Assembly: GCA_016208765.1 (NCBI GenBank)
Contig: JACQXK010000032.1
Location: 118,385 to 182,384, forward strand
Reading direction: 5' to 3'
DNA: 64,000 nucleotides
DNA from: Candidatus Omnitrophota bacterium
GTDB taxonomy: Bacteria > Omnitrophota > Gorgyraeia > Gygaellales > Profunditerraquicolaceae
Shown: in pieces, positions 28,150-39,111 of the stretch
How the letters are laid out: every line of letters starts with the position of its first letter
Numbering within the stretch: the stretch's first letter is position 1
Position numbers and translations under genes: made by a program
The notes under the pieces: generated by a model
What the model saw: the letters and a program-made list of their open reading frames with translations, nothing else
Database searches by the model: none
Told to the model about the DNA's origin: nothing

Positions 28150-29897
28150 TTAGAACTACCTTTGTTAAAAGAATATTTTACAATCCCATACCCAAACCCT
28201 AAGGCATAAACAAAATATGCTAATGCACGCAGAAACTTAAACTCAAAAATAGCTTTTACTATCCTTAAAGGAAACCTGAATATGCGGACAAAAAATGGCA
28301 CTTTTGGCTTAAATGAATTAAGTTCCAGTGCTTCGTCTGTATCATAGATAAGTTGTGGCTGGTATTTCAGGCAGTAAGCAGAGCCCAGCCCATTTCTGAA
28401 AAATGTTTTGGCTAATTTACCGATACTACCCGGTAACGGATGATACACCCATGTATTGGGTGCAAGCACTGTCTTATAGCCTTTTTGGCGCATGCGAAAT
28501 CTTAGATCCGGGTCAAGCCCGCGCAAGATATTCTCCCTTTCTCCTCCAACTTCATCAAATACTTTCCTAGGGATAGCACAACAACCGTGGCAAGCCATAT
28601 CGCTTTCTGTTACTTCTTCCACAACCTTCATCCCAAACCGCGGGAATTCTTCTCCGGCTTTCTTTTGCAGCCAATTCGCATCCGGGGGAACTAAGATTGA
28701 CGCACCTGCCATGCCAATATCCTTATTTTCTTTAAGCGTTCTAAGAAGATTTTCAATTACATAAATGTTATCAACCCGTGAATCATCGTCTATAATAACC
28801 AAAGTATCTCCTCCAGCGGCAGAAACACCCATATTAATTGCCTTACCCTGGGGAGAAACTTTCTTTACAACCAATACTTCAAAGTTGCGATATGCCTGCC
28901 TGCTTAAATCTGCCAAAAGTTTACTAACATTGCCTCCTCTATCTCCGTCTAAAGAAGGGATAATCACCGAAACATCAGGATTCATACTATAAACAATCTT
29001 TCTAATTTGCCCGTTTTCGGAATCACTAAGAGAATGCCCTTCTTGAGAGTTTTTCTGAATAACACTGACTTCTTTTTTCTCCAGGACAAAAAGTAAACAA
29101 GAACCAGATCCTGAATCATTAACATAATCATCCCTCAATATCCGGCTAAAAACAGAAGCAATGATCTTACGATGAAAATTTATCCCTATAAAACTTAAAA
29201 CATTAGAGATAAATCTAACCATCGAACCAAGATTTACTTTGCTTATTCCAATATACTGCAGGTCCGTCCAAAGAAAAAATGTTCCTTCCACTTTAGGCGA
29301 TAAATAATATTTACTTTCTAATATTTTAAAGTTTGTTTTAGCAAAAATCCGCTTCCAAAAAGCGGCATCTTTAAGGCTATTAAGCGCCAGGCGCTTACTC
29401 AAATACCTCTTCCAGGTCAAACTCAACTTACTCAAGCCGTATTTTTTTAAGAAAACGAAAACCGGATCTTGATCACTAAAGTTTGCGCAATTAATCGTAA
29501 GCACAACTTTGGCTTTATCCTTTAAAACCCTTGAAGATTCAGACAAAACCTCTTCTATCCCTCCCTCAGGAACATGCTCTAAGAATGAATTAATTAACAA
29601 GCTTGAGAAAGAATTGTTCTTAAAAGACATGGCTCTGGCATCACAAACTACTAATCCGGAATAAACTTTCTTTCTTTTTGCTAAGAATAGATTTGCAGCC
29701 TTATAATCCAGCCCCACAGCGGAATTTCTTTCTAAAAGCACAGAAGTAAATGTGCCATCGCCGCAACCCATATCCAATATCGGCGGTTTTAATTCAACAG
29801 GAGAAATAATTCTCGCCTCAATAGCCCTCAATAAAGCCTTTGCAGGATCCCAGTGGTAGTTATATAAAAATTCGCTTAAATAATCCTTCATAGCCAT
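28146..29897 (-). CDS. SAM-dependent methyltransferase - GT2 glycosyltransferase fusion
   Basis: N-terminal ILDMGCGDG...LEHV; C-terminal VSVIIPS...IIDDD...GCCAIP...DPDLRFR. Confidence 0.82.
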   Translation of the reverse strand: MAMKDYLSEFLYNYHWDPAKALLRAIEARIISPVELKPPILDMGCGDGTFTSVLLERNSAVGLDYKAANLFLAKRKKVYSGLVVCDARAMSFKNNSFSSLLINSFLEHVPEGGIEEVLSESSRVLKDKAKVVLTINCANFSDQDPVFVFLKKYGLSKLSLTWKRYLSKRLALNSLKDAAFWKRIFAKTNFKILESKYYLSPKVEGTFFLWTDLQYIGISKVNLGSMVRFISNVLSFIGINFHRKIIASVFSRILRDDYVNDSGSGSCLLFVLEKKEVSVIQKNSQEGHSLSDSENGQIRKIVYSMNPDVSVIIPSLDGDRGGNVSKLLADLSRQAYRNFEVLVVKKVSPQGKAINMGVSAAGGDTLVIIDDDSRVDNIYVIENLLRTLKENKDIGMAGASILVPPDANWLQKKAGEEFPRFGMKVVEEVTESDMACHGCCAIPRKVFDEVGGERENILRGLDPDLRFRMRQKGYKTVLAPNTWVYHPLPGSIGKLAKTFFRNGLGSAYCLKYQPQLIYDTDEALELNSFKPKVPFFVRIFRFPLRIVKAIFEFKFLRALAYFVYALGFGYGIVKYSFNKGSSK

Positions 29898-31468
29898 TCA
29901 CCTATTTGAGTAGATGTGGTTTTAATTCCAAATAAAGATTTCAGCAATTTGAGTTCCTTTAATTTAAACAAGACTGACAGAAGTAAATAAACAATTCCTG
30001 CTATTAACGAAATAAACAGCAAACTGAAAATTCTCCTGCTAAAACCATTGAATAAACCCAGGTATTCAAAATAATATCGTAAGAGAAAAACACAAAATCC
30101 GGAAATTAAAGTAATGATAGCCACCTTGAACAAGTAAAAGAAAAACTCAGTATTAAATTTATAATCAATGACTTTCCCTAGAAAATAATACGTCAGCAGG
30201 ACTGTATTCAATAACAATGCAATTGAGAAAGACACTGATAAAGCAACAACCGGAGTCAAATACTTCAATAAAATAAACATCAGGATACAATTAACAAATA
30301 GCCTAAAAATAAGAAAACACAAATACATGGCTGTTCTCTTTAAAACAATTGCCGTTCTTAAGCTAACTGCCTCAATACCAAGGCCTGTCAGGCCCAAAGA
30401 AAATAAAGCAATCGCTTGTGCGGTCTGGTCAGCCGTTGACCAATCAAACTTCCCATGAAGAAACAAAACTCTTGAGATCAAACCTGATAGTAAGAAAATA
30501 AGAACCGAGACCGGAATCAAAACAAATATCATTATTCGGAAAAACCGAATGATCATTTCCTTGAATCTTCCATTATTGTCCAAGATAGAGTGCTCTACCA
30601 TTATAGGATAGTAAATATAAAATGTTAATCCTTCAATAACCAAAAGAGGAGCCTGGATCACAATATAGCCGTAATTAAGTATTGAAATGGCCCCTGAGTA
30701 ATGAGAAGCAAAAATCCGAGTAATAGCCATAATGCTCTCCATCACCAACAATACTGCGACAATCATAATAAAAGATTTCCAAATTTCCGGCATCTGGCTC
30801 TTGGCTTCAAAATGTTTTTGCGAATGGCTAATTCCTTTAAAATGATCAAATGAAACAAGCTGGCCTGCCATTTTAGAAAAAGCCCCTGCTAATACGCCCA
30901 CCGCAATAGCATAAATCCCCCAGAAATAAGTAAGAAACAACACGAAAAAAAGGACCACAAAGTTATTCAAAGGCTGAGAGCAGGAAGCTATGGTTTTATT
31001 ATTGTGGCTCGTATTAACCGACTGTAAAATCGCAGCCGCCCCTCCAAACAGAATTGCAAAAGACATAACCCTTAACAAGACTACAGCCAAAGATAACGAC
31101 TGATAATCAAACCCGGGAACCAGAAATCTCAGGATAGACTCAGCGCCAAAAACTACAGCAAGACTAACTCCCAAGAGCCACAAAAGAACAACCTTTGAAA
31201 ATGACATAAACAAAATAAGCCCGTCCTCTTTTCTGTATTTTCTTACCGCAATATAAACCGGGACAAATGCAGAATATAATGCCCAGCTCACAATGCTCTC
31301 AATCCTAAGAGGAATAGCCCTGGCTGCGATAAAAGCATCGGTTATACGGGAGGCCCCGAATTTGATGGCAATAAACAGGTCAACAAAGTAACCCAAAAAC
31401 TTTCCCAGAATAATAACCGCGCCAATTAAAACAATCGGCTTCTTAAGAAATTCAAAGATATGCTTCAT
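29888..31468 (-). CDS. MurJ/MviN-like lipid-linked glycan flippase
   Basis: FGASRITDAFIAA..IP, AFVPVY, LVPGF, ISILNYG, LFLHGKF; many TM segments. Confidence 0.8.
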   Translation of the reverse strand: MKHIFEFLKKPIVLIGAVIILGKFLGYFVDLFIAIKFGASRITDAFIAARAIPLRIESIVSWALYSAFVPVYIAVRKYRKEDGLILFMSFSKVVLLWLLGVSLAVVFGAESILRFLVPGFDYQSLSLAVVLLRVMSFAILFGGAAAILQSVNTSHNNKTIASCSQPLNNFVVLFFVLFLTYFWGIYAIAVGVLAGAFSKMAGQLVSFDHFKGISHSQKHFEAKSQMPEIWKSFIMIVAVLLVMESIMAITRIFASHYSGAISILNYGYIVIQAPLLVIEGLTFYIYYPIMVEHSILDNNGRFKEMIIRFFRIMIFVLIPVSVLIFLLSGLISRVLFLHGKFDWSTADQTAQAIALFSLGLTGLGIEAVSLRTAIVLKRTAMYLCFLIFRLFVNCILMFILLKYLTPVVALSVSFSIALLLNTVLLTYYFLGKVIDYKFNTEFFFYLFKVAIITLISGFCVFLLRYYFEYLGLFNGFSRRIFSLLFISLIAGIVYLLLSVLFKLKELKLLKSLFGIKTTSTQIGEWL

Positions 31469-32744
31469 TCTTCTTCTCTTTCTCCCATAGCCATAAGATT
31501 AACGCTGTCATTGCCCAAAAAACAAACATAATGCGCGAAATCATAAAAACCACTAAAGCATTAGAGACAATAAGTAAACCGAGAAAACCACCAAGATATC
31601 CTATGGCAAGCCCCCTGATAAAATTACTCGCTGTTTTTCTTTGTAAAAACCAAACAGTTTTAAAGATTGTAAATATTACCGATATAAAGGCAATGAAACC
31701 AAAAATTCCCATTTCAGCAAGAATCATCAGGTACTGATTTTCATAAAATACCCTTTCTCTGCCTCCTATACCTATGCCAAATAAAGGATACTGCCTTATG
31801 CCTTCCCAGGCATATTTGATTTGTTGAAAACGATAGGCAACTGAAGAATTGTTTGGATCGGAATTCAGAAAAGTTTGCTTAATAGAAACCAGGCGTTCAA
31901 ATATTGCATGGGGAGAAAGAACTGCTATAAATATCATAATAAATATTGTTAAAAATAAAATTTTTTTGCTTCTTAATGCGGAAATAAACAACAGCGAAAC
32001 AAAAAGCGCTATGTAGCTTGCACGAGAGTAAGTCCAGAATAACGGTAAGCACAACAAAATAATCCCAGCTAAAAAAATAACTTTCTTTAATAACGGCTTG
32101 TCCATATAAAGCAATATCCCAAACAATAACGATGAAAAAAACATCAACACTGCAGCAAAATGGCTGGCATCATGATAGAAGAATCCTCTTTCATAAATTC
32201 GGTAATAAAAAGGACAGCTAAAAGGATAATGCGCATAGGGGAAAAAATGTTCAATTATTCCATATCCGGCTATTAGAAAAACAGGAACAAACATCAACTT
32301 CAAGAAGAAACCAGCCTTCAGCTCTTGCTGAAAAATAACCAAGCTAAGATAAAACACAAGAAAATACTGAGCAATTTTAGTTAGATAAAAGAAACCAGCA
32401 AACGGTTCAGAAATTGTATGTCTTAAAATACCAAAGAACACAGACAACAAGCCAATAAAAATAAAAACTATAATTGGTAAATCTAACGGAAGGCTATTGA
32501 CGGCTTTTAATCTGAAGGCTGCCAGAAAAAACAACAAAACAAATACAATATCCTCAAGCTTAACAAACACTACTTCACTGCCAAGTTGAAATAAATTTAT
32601 CTTAAAAGAAAATAGAGAAAAGAAAATTAATAATGCCCAAACTAATTTTACCAGGGCAGAATACTCTTTTGATCTGGGTAGATGCGGAAAAATACTTAGG
32701 AATCTTGAAGTGGTAAAAACTCCAGAAACTTCTGCTTGAGGCAT
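31452..32744 (-). CDS. O-antigen ligase / Wzy-like polymerase
   Basis: Multi-TM; TYSRASYIAL, SVAYRF...YPLFGIG...ENQYLMILAEMGIFG. Confidence 0.85.
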   Translation of the reverse strand: MPQAEVSGVFTTSRFLSIFPHLPRSKEYSALVKLVWALLIFFSLFSFKINLFQLGSEVVFVKLEDIVFVLLFFLAAFRLKAVNSLPLDLPIIVFIFIGLLSVFFGILRHTISEPFAGFFYLTKIAQYFLVFYLSLVIFQQELKAGFFLKLMFVPVFLIAGYGIIEHFFPYAHYPFSCPFYYRIYERGFFYHDASHFAAVLMFFSSLLFGILLYMDKPLLKKVIFLAGIILLCLPLFWTYSRASYIALFVSLLFISALRSKKILFLTIFIMIFIAVLSPHAIFERLVSIKQTFLNSDPNNSSVAYRFQQIKYAWEGIRQYPLFGIGIGGRERVFYENQYLMILAEMGIFGFIAFISVIFTIFKTVWFLQRKTASNFIRGLAIGYLGGFLGLLIVSNALVVFMISRIMFVFWAMTALILWLWEKEKKNEAYL

Positions 32745-33196
32745 TAATATTCCTTCCTTTTGACGCTAAACACCACTCCCCTTAAAACATAATCTTTGTT
32801 CTCAAGAATAAAATCCTGCCCGGGGCGCAAAATATTGCTGCCATATTTAATAAACCCATAACTGTCAACAGAAGCTCTTAATTTCAAAACAACAATCTTT
32901 CCGTAAACTTCCCCGTTTTGTGAATAATCTTTTAGCCCAATTATTTGAGCCATAAAATTATTCTCTAAATCCCTTTGGCCATCGCCTATTTTCACATAAT
33001 CTTTAAGCCATTGTTTTTCTTTATTTAACAATACCTCAACATAAACTTCTTCCTGCTGAGGCATTCTTCTTATTTTCTTTAAAATACTTTTCGGGATAAA
33101 GGTGTGAGCAAAAAAAGCAAAGATTAATAAAAAAATGAAACATAAGACCAATAAATCAGCCAGATTAAAATTTTTTATAAAACTTTTTTTATCCAT
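32744..33196 (-). CDS. DUF4330-like membrane-anchored protein
   Basis: FNLADLLVL N-terminal TM, IKIGD-like motif, LRPGQ...Y.L.G.V tail. Start moved to MDKK (33196). Confidence 0.55.
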   Translation of the reverse strand: MDKKSFIKNFNLADLLVLCFIFLLIFAFFAHTFIPKSILKKIRRMPQQEEVYVEVLLNKEKQWLKDYVKIGDGQRDLENNFMAQIIGLKDYSQNGEVYGKIVVLKLRASVDSYGFIKYGSNILRPGQDFILENKDYVLRGVVFSVKRKEY

Positions 33197-33210
33197 ACCG
33201 TGCCTTTTGT

Positions 33211-34071
33211 TTATACTCTTAAGCAAAATAAATTAGTAAAATTTTGTTTTTCTTCAGTATAAGTATCCAGTAAAACTTTTGCACTTGTTCTTACCAGTTG
33301 ATCATTAGTTGACCTTATTTCATAAAAATCAAAGCCATAGCCTGAAAGAAGCTCCAGGAATAAATTCGCATTACTCCCGCAATATTTAAGCCCAAATGGC
33401 CAAAACTCAACCAAAAGCTTAATATTGTTATTCTGCAACAAAATACCTTCCATTCCTTTTATAATCCCGGCCTCTGCACCCTGCGCATCAATTTTTACAA
33501 AATCTATTTTTCCTGAATAATCTTTGAAATAATCATCCAGGCTTATTGCGCCCACATCTATAGAATTAGGCATACTACTATCTATCAAGCGATTATCCGC
33601 CTGATTATTCCTGTTAAAACACAACCTCATTCTTTTAGACTTATCTGATACTGCTAAAGGCTCCAAAGTAACATTACGATAATTATTGCACTCAATATTC
33701 TTCTTAAGTAACTTAAAATTATTCGGCTCAGGTTCAAAAGCGAATACGCAACCAGAGTCACCGGCCAATCTCGCGAAAATCAATGTATAATAACCTATAT
33801 TTGCACCAATATCTAAAACCGTATCACCTTTTTCAATCTTCTCTTTAACTAATCTCTTAATTACAGATTCATAATTTTTGTTAATTGACAGCCTGAGTGC
33901 ATCGTATTTATCCAAAATGATCCTATCTCCATCAACTATAATCTCTGCGGGCTTGAGCTTAAATAATACATAATTATTTATAGCCCTGATAAAAGGAAAT
34001 CTTGCAAAACCGCGCCCTCCTGCAAAATTGTAAAATCTTTTGTATATTTCAAGAATCTTGATGTTTGACAT
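33211..34071 (-). CDS. FkbM family methyltransferase
   Basis: VLDIGANIGYYT, FAFEPEP, VKIDAQGAE, VEFWP. Confidence 0.92.
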   Translation of the reverse strand: MSNIKILEIYKRFYNFAGGRGFARFPFIRAINNYVLFKLKPAEIIVDGDRIILDKYDALRLSINKNYESVIKRLVKEKIEKGDTVLDIGANIGYYTLIFARLAGDSGCVFAFEPEPNNFKLLKKNIECNNYRNVTLEPLAVSDKSKRMRLCFNRNNQADNRLIDSSMPNSIDVGAISLDDYFKDYSGKIDFVKIDAQGAEAGIIKGMEGILLQNNNIKLLVEFWPFGLKYCGSNANLFLELLSGYGFDFYEIRSTNDQLVRTSAKVLLDTYTEEKQNFTNLFCLRV

Positions 34072-34077
34072 TTTTGG

Positions 34078-34971
34078 TTATTTTTTAGCGAAGACTATCA
34101 AAGAAGAAGAAACGAAAACTCTACGGAAAGTAACAAAATAAATTAAATTAGCTATAAAATTAAGGGAAATCTTTAATAACTCTACTATGTTCTCATTAAA
34201 ATTAAATGATTTATAAGGATCCCCTTTTGTAAGAAAAGAGTTTTCTACTCTTACAGAATTAAACCCGGCGCCATAGAGAATCTTTTTTATGGTTTTTGCA
34301 GTAAACCCATAATTTACAATAATTGAAGGATCCTTCGTTTCTTTTGAAAACAGTTTAAACAAATAAAATGCCCGGTGCAAATAAAAATGAAATGTAACAT
34401 TAGGGACACGTATAACGATAATTCCTCCCGGCCTTAGTATCCGGTTAAGCTCTTTAAGCGTGGACATTGGATCGCGTAAATGATCCAACACGTTCCAAAG
34501 TGTGATAACATCAAAACTGTTTTCCCCAAAACGCGCTTCCTCTATGCCTGAATTTAGAACTTCTAACCCAGATTTACTCTTTGCATAGTCACATGCATCT
34601 TTTGACAATTCCACTCCTATCGTCCGCCACCCTGAAGATTTTGCCAAATTAAGAAAAATACCCACACCACAGCCAACATCCAGAATACATCCCTTTGCTC
34701 CGCTACGCAGTAGCTCAATATCTGACAAAAATTTCTTAAAAACTCTTTCCCTGGCTCCGGAAATTCTTTCTTCCAAATCCAGCGAATGATGGCTTTTACT
34801 AAAGAAGTCCCTATTCGCCCGTTCCTTTGGGCGCGGATTGGCATAAACTAACCCGCAACAAATACACTGAACAATATTTGTATTTCCGTAATTATAAAGA
34901 TGCTTGGTATTATTGTTGCCGCACAAATTGCAACTAACAAGCTCCTGTTCATTCAGCAAATCATTCTTCAT
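34078..34971 (-). CDS. Class I SAM methyltransferase with N-terminal Zn-ribbon
   Basis: CNLC...CICCGLVYANPRP, LDVGCGVG, WNVLDHL.DP, LRPGG. Start at 34971 overlaps the asnB stop (ATGA). Confidence 0.9.
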   Translation of the reverse strand: MKNDLLNEQELVSCNLCGNNNTKHLYNYGNTNIVQCICCGLVYANPRPKERANRDFFSKSHHSLDLEERISGARERVFKKFLSDIELLRSGAKGCILDVGCGVGIFLNLAKSSGWRTIGVELSKDACDYAKSKSGLEVLNSGIEEARFGENSFDVITLWNVLDHLRDPMSTLKELNRILRPGGIIVIRVPNVTFHFYLHRAFYLFKLFSKETKDPSIIVNYGFTAKTIKKILYGAGFNSVRVENSFLTKGDPYKSFNFNENIVELLKISLNFIANLIYFVTFRRVFVSSSLIVFAKK

Positions 34972-36848
34972 ATTTTTTGTTTCCTCAGCCACAACTCAAA
35001 AACCAATAAAGCAAAAATTTGCGCTCCAAAATCCTGTTTATTATCAAAATGATCTTTAAGCATCCATTCCACAAACGATACTGAAAAGAAGCGCCTGCTC
35101 TGACAATCGTTGGCCAACAACATCTCTTTTGCGTTATTTTTCAATTGAAATCTAAACCAATTATTTAAAGGCATTGTAAAACCGAGCTTCCTTTGCCTAA
35201 GGACTTGAGCAGGCAATTCTTCCTTCAGGGCTTTCTTAAGGATATATTTACTTATTCTTCCTTTTAACTTAAACTCTAAAGGGATTGAAGACACAAACTC
35301 AACAACCTTATGGTCTAAAAAAGGGACCCTGACTTCAAGAGAATTCTTCATGCTCATCATATCAACCTTACAAAGACAATCATCCGGAAGATATGATTTT
35401 GTATCTACAAACAAGAGCCTTTCAATATCATTATCTATTGACACCCCAGAGAATAATCCTGATAATTTAGAAGCACTTTGATAATTGCCCAAAGGACCTA
35501 CTATTTCTTCCTGAAACAAACGCGTTTTCAATGCCTCCGAAAAACACGTCCTTCTGCGCAGGAATGAATCTTCCAAAGACAACTCTGAATCATAAACAAA
35601 TCTTTCTATTTTATTCAATATTCTGTTTCTTCTGTCTGGCTGGTAATCGCGGCTTAACAAAACATGCTTCATGGCTTGTCTTACAACGCGCGGAATTCTT
35701 CTGTAATCATTAATAAATTTCTGCCTTCTTGTCCAATCGTAACCGGCAAACAGTTCATCTCCCCCGTCACCGGAAAGGCAAACCGTAACTTCTTTACGCG
35801 CAAAACCTGAAATTAAATATGTGGGAATAAGCGAGGAATCCGCAAACGGTTCATCAAAATGCCCCACTAAATCAGGCAACAATTTTATAATATCAGGTTC
35901 CAGGTTTATCTCGTGATGTTCTGTTCCAAACTTCTTAGCTACAAGCCTAGCATACTTTAATTCATCAAAACCCCTGGTATTAAAACCAACAGAAAATGTT
36001 TTTATCGCTTGCCCACTAACCTCGCTCATCAGAGCAACAATAGCGCTTGAGTCCATCCCTCCGCTTAAAAAAGCCCCAAGAGGGACTTCACTCATCAAAT
36101 GCATTTTTATTGTTTCTTTTAATAAAGAACTTAAATTTTCAATATAATAACTCTCATACTGCTTCTCTCTCTTTTTATAACTTATCTCCCAATACTTCTT
36201 TATATTGATTTTATCCTTCTCAAATATGAGTAAACAAGCCGGTGGCAATTTATAAATATCTTCAAAAATTGTATCCGGGCCGGGAATATACAAATATGTC
36301 AAATAATCACTAACTGCTGTTAACGAAATGCCAGTTTGCACACCAGGATACTGCTTTATCGCCTTAATCTCAGAACCAAACAGGAATACTCCATTTTTAG
36401 AATAATAATACAAGGGCTTTATGCCCAGCCTATCCCTAGCCAAAATAAGCCTTTTTTTATCCAAATCATAAATTGCTATAGCAAACATTCCCCTTAAATC
36501 ATCAACAAAATCCTCTCCCTTATCTTCATATAAATGCACTATTACTTCTACATCCGAGCTTGTTTTAAAGATATGGCCAGACTTCATAAGCCGCTCTTTA
36601 AGCTCAATGTAATTATAAATTTCTCCGTTACAAATTACGCAAACATTCTTTCTCTCATTATAAATAGGCTGATGCCCTCCCTTAACGTCAATAATGCTCA
36701 AACGGCGCATTCCCATACCGGCATTTTTAAACAAAAAATGTCCATCCTCATCAGGGCCACGATGAACAAGAGCGTCAGTCATTTCCTTGAGGCACTCTTT
36801 CTCTACGAAACTACCCTCTTTTTTAATAACTCCGCATATGCCGCACAT
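34968..36848 (-). CDS. asnB: Asparagine synthase (glutamine-hydrolysing)-family amidotransferase, probably glycan amidation
   Basis: MCGICG, HRGPD, RRLSIID, NGEIYN, RDRLGIKPLY, LSGGMDSS, SGDGGDELFAGY, RVPFLD. Confidence 0.93.
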   Translation of the reverse strand: MCGICGVIKKEGSFVEKECLKEMTDALVHRGPDEDGHFLFKNAGMGMRRLSIIDVKGGHQPIYNERKNVCVICNGEIYNYIELKERLMKSGHIFKTSSDVEVIVHLYEDKGEDFVDDLRGMFAIAIYDLDKKRLILARDRLGIKPLYYYSKNGVFLFGSEIKAIKQYPGVQTGISLTAVSDYLTYLYIPGPDTIFEDIYKLPPACLLIFEKDKINIKKYWEISYKKREKQYESYYIENLSSLLKETIKMHLMSEVPLGAFLSGGMDSSAIVALMSEVSGQAIKTFSVGFNTRGFDELKYARLVAKKFGTEHHEINLEPDIIKLLPDLVGHFDEPFADSSLIPTYLISGFARKEVTVCLSGDGGDELFAGYDWTRRQKFINDYRRIPRVVRQAMKHVLLSRDYQPDRRNRILNKIERFVYDSELSLEDSFLRRRTCFSEALKTRLFQEEIVGPLGNYQSASKLSGLFSGVSIDNDIERLLFVDTKSYLPDDCLCKVDMMSMKNSLEVRVPFLDHKVVEFVSSIPLEFKLKGRISKYILKKALKEELPAQVLRQRKLGFTMPLNNWFRFQLKNNAKEMLLANDCQSRRFFSVSFVEWMLKDHFDNKQDFGAQIFALLVFELWLRKQKI

Positions 36849-36876
36849 AGAATATTAAATAACCCCTGCTTTAACC

Positions 36877-37980
36877 TCAAGAAGTTGCCTTCTTGTAAAA
36901 CTCCTCATAATCAGTAATCATCCGATTAAAAGAAAATTTGCTTTCTATGGTTTGCCTTGCTGTTTTACCCATCTGTTTTCTTATATTTGAATCATTTAAA
37001 AGCTCAATCACGTTTGAAGAAAAATATTTAACAGAAAAACTGTTTACTACAATCCCGTCTTTCCCACTACTAATTACCTCAGAAATTCCTCCGGCATCAA
37101 CAGCAACTACAGGTAACGCACAAGCCATCGCCTCTAAAATAGCGTTTGGTAGACCCTCGGTTTTTGAAGTAAATAAGAAAACGTCTATTAAATTGAGAAC
37201 ATGCTCAACATCGTTTCTTTCACCAGTAAAAATAACATTTTTATTTAATCCCAAGTTGTCAACTTGTTGCTCAAGTTCTCTTCTAAGATAGCCATCTCCT
37301 ACTAAGAGGCATTTAATATCAGGAAAGTGTTTTTTTACTTCTTTAATGACCTCAACCAGAAACTCATGGTTCTTTTCTATTGAAAAATTTGCTACATTTC
37401 CAATAACTAAATCAGTTTCTTTCAATCCAAAGGCACATAAACCTTTTTTTTCCTTCGCTCGCTGAGAATATTTCTCAAGGTCTATACCGTTATAAATCCT
37501 AAGAATCTTTGACTTTGACAAAATTTCTGTTCTCAAAACATAGGTGCTCACAGCTTCTGAACAAGTCACTACCTTATCAACAAACATATTTCCAAAATTC
37601 TCCAGAAGATGATGATGCAGTTTTTTCCAAGTGGCCAATTCTCTGCGAGAGGAAACAGTTAGACAAACACCAGCTATCTTTGCAGGTAGCAAAGCTAAAT
37701 AATGAAAGCCGAATAAATAAGCATGAACAACATCATATTTGTTATTCTTGATTAACACGTAGAGAGAATGCAATATGCTTAAATCATAAATGCTAGTTTT
37801 ATTAAGACAGATTATTTTAAAACCAAACTGTTTACACACGCTGTCGCATATTCCTATTTCAAATAAACAGCAAATGGTAACATCAAATCCCCTCTCACTA
37901 AGGCCCTTGCTTAACAATAAAAGATGCGTCTCAGTACCGGCATTTGCTAATCTTGGAATAACAAAAAGTATTTTCTTCAT
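36877..37980 (-). CDS. GT4 glycosyltransferase
   Basis: AGTE, IYNGID, EKNH, EGLPNAILEAMA. Confidence 0.92.
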   Translation of the reverse strand: MKKILFVIPRLANAGTETHLLLLSKGLSERGFDVTICCLFEIGICDSVCKQFGFKIICLNKTSIYDLSILHSLYVLIKNNKYDVVHAYLFGFHYLALLPAKIAGVCLTVSSRRELATWKKLHHHLLENFGNMFVDKVVTCSEAVSTYVLRTEILSKSKILRIYNGIDLEKYSQRAKEKKGLCAFGLKETDLVIGNVANFSIEKNHEFLVEVIKEVKKHFPDIKCLLVGDGYLRRELEQQVDNLGLNKNVIFTGERNDVEHVLNLIDVFLFTSKTEGLPNAILEAMACALPVVAVDAGGISEVISSGKDGIVVNSFSVKYFSSNVIELLNDSNIRKQMGKTARQTIESKFSFNRMITDYEEFYKKATS

Positions 37981-39111
37981 CTAAAACCCGAGCCTTGTTA
38001 TACGGCTTAATAACTTATCCCAAATAATTTTCCTGCCTTTGCCGGGGAGGCTCTTTATCCAGTATCCTTCAACCCTGCTAAGGCCATAAAGATCACATCC
38101 TCTTTTAGGAATATTCCAACCATTCATAAACCTGAACACTGTTTTAAAACCTAATTCTTTAAGCCACAATAAGCTTAAATCTCCGCTAATGTTCCAAGGA
38201 TAAGCAAAATGTTCGCAGGCTTTATCCAACTTCTGCTCAATCAGCAATTTAGAGTTTAAGAGCGAGTCTCTGATATTAATCTCACTTTCCAGATCACTCT
38301 CAAAATAAGTTTTTAATTCATTTGCTTTAGAATAGTCTTTTACAAAATTAATTAGTTTATTTTTCCAGTTCTTTATAGAGAAGAATGCAATGCCCTGATT
38401 TTCTTTAACAAAATCAATACACGCCTGCCTTAATCCTGCGTCATCATAAAAACGCTTTGCAATCATCCTTGAGCTGAATGGATAGACAGGAGCCCCCCAA
38501 ATGGAATCCTCCGAACCAAGATCCATTGCACTAAATAACCATGGATAGACAGAATTTCCATCTTTTCCAGGACGCTGAAAGTCAATAATCTTGTTTTTTG
38601 TAAAACATAATTGGTGAAATAAACTATGCGATTCAATGTCTATTATTCCCGATTTCTGCATCTTTCTTGCTTCTTCCCAATTAATAAACATCTCTTTTTC
38701 TTCAATGATATCAAGCTCAGAATGAGAAATCTTAGATTGCCAAACATCCTCAAGATTATATCTTGCCTGCCCGCTTTCCATGATCTTTTCAGGATTAACA
38801 TAAAAAACCGCTTTCATGCTGAATTTCTTAAGAATAGGATACACCACCGACCAATTATTCCTTAGCCCATCATCAAAGGTAATGATAATCTTCTTATCCT
38901 TATCATGCTTCTTACCGCTTAGGTATTCATAATATTCTTTAATGCCTAGAGTACGGTAGCCATTCCTCTTTAAATAATCAAGCAACTCGGAAAAATCTTC
39001 TGGCTCCACCTTATGCATAATAAAAGAAGGTATGGCCCCTGGTCTTAATCCGGCCCCGGAAAGGGCGAAATATGGAATCTCCATAACTAAAGAAACATGG
39101 ATTTTCTTCAT
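37981..39111 (-). CDS. Polysaccharide deacetylase with large insertion
   Basis: MHKV, ITFDDG, IESHSLFH, AYPW. Confidence 0.82.
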   Translation of the reverse strand: MKKIHVSLVMEIPYFALSGAGLRPGAIPSFIMHKVEPEDFSELLDYLKRNGYRTLGIKEYYEYLSGKKHDKDKKIIITFDDGLRNNWSVVYPILKKFSMKAVFYVNPEKIMESGQARYNLEDVWQSKISHSELDIIEEKEMFINWEEARKMQKSGIIDIESHSLFHQLCFTKNKIIDFQRPGKDGNSVYPWLFSAMDLGSEDSIWGAPVYPFSSRMIAKRFYDDAGLRQACIDFVKENQGIAFFSIKNWKNKLINFVKDYSKANELKTYFESDLESEINIRDSLLNSKLLIEQKLDKACEHFAYPWNISGDLSLLWLKELGFKTVFRFMNGWNIPKRGCDLYGLSRVEGYWIKSLPGKGRKIIWDKLLSRITRLGF

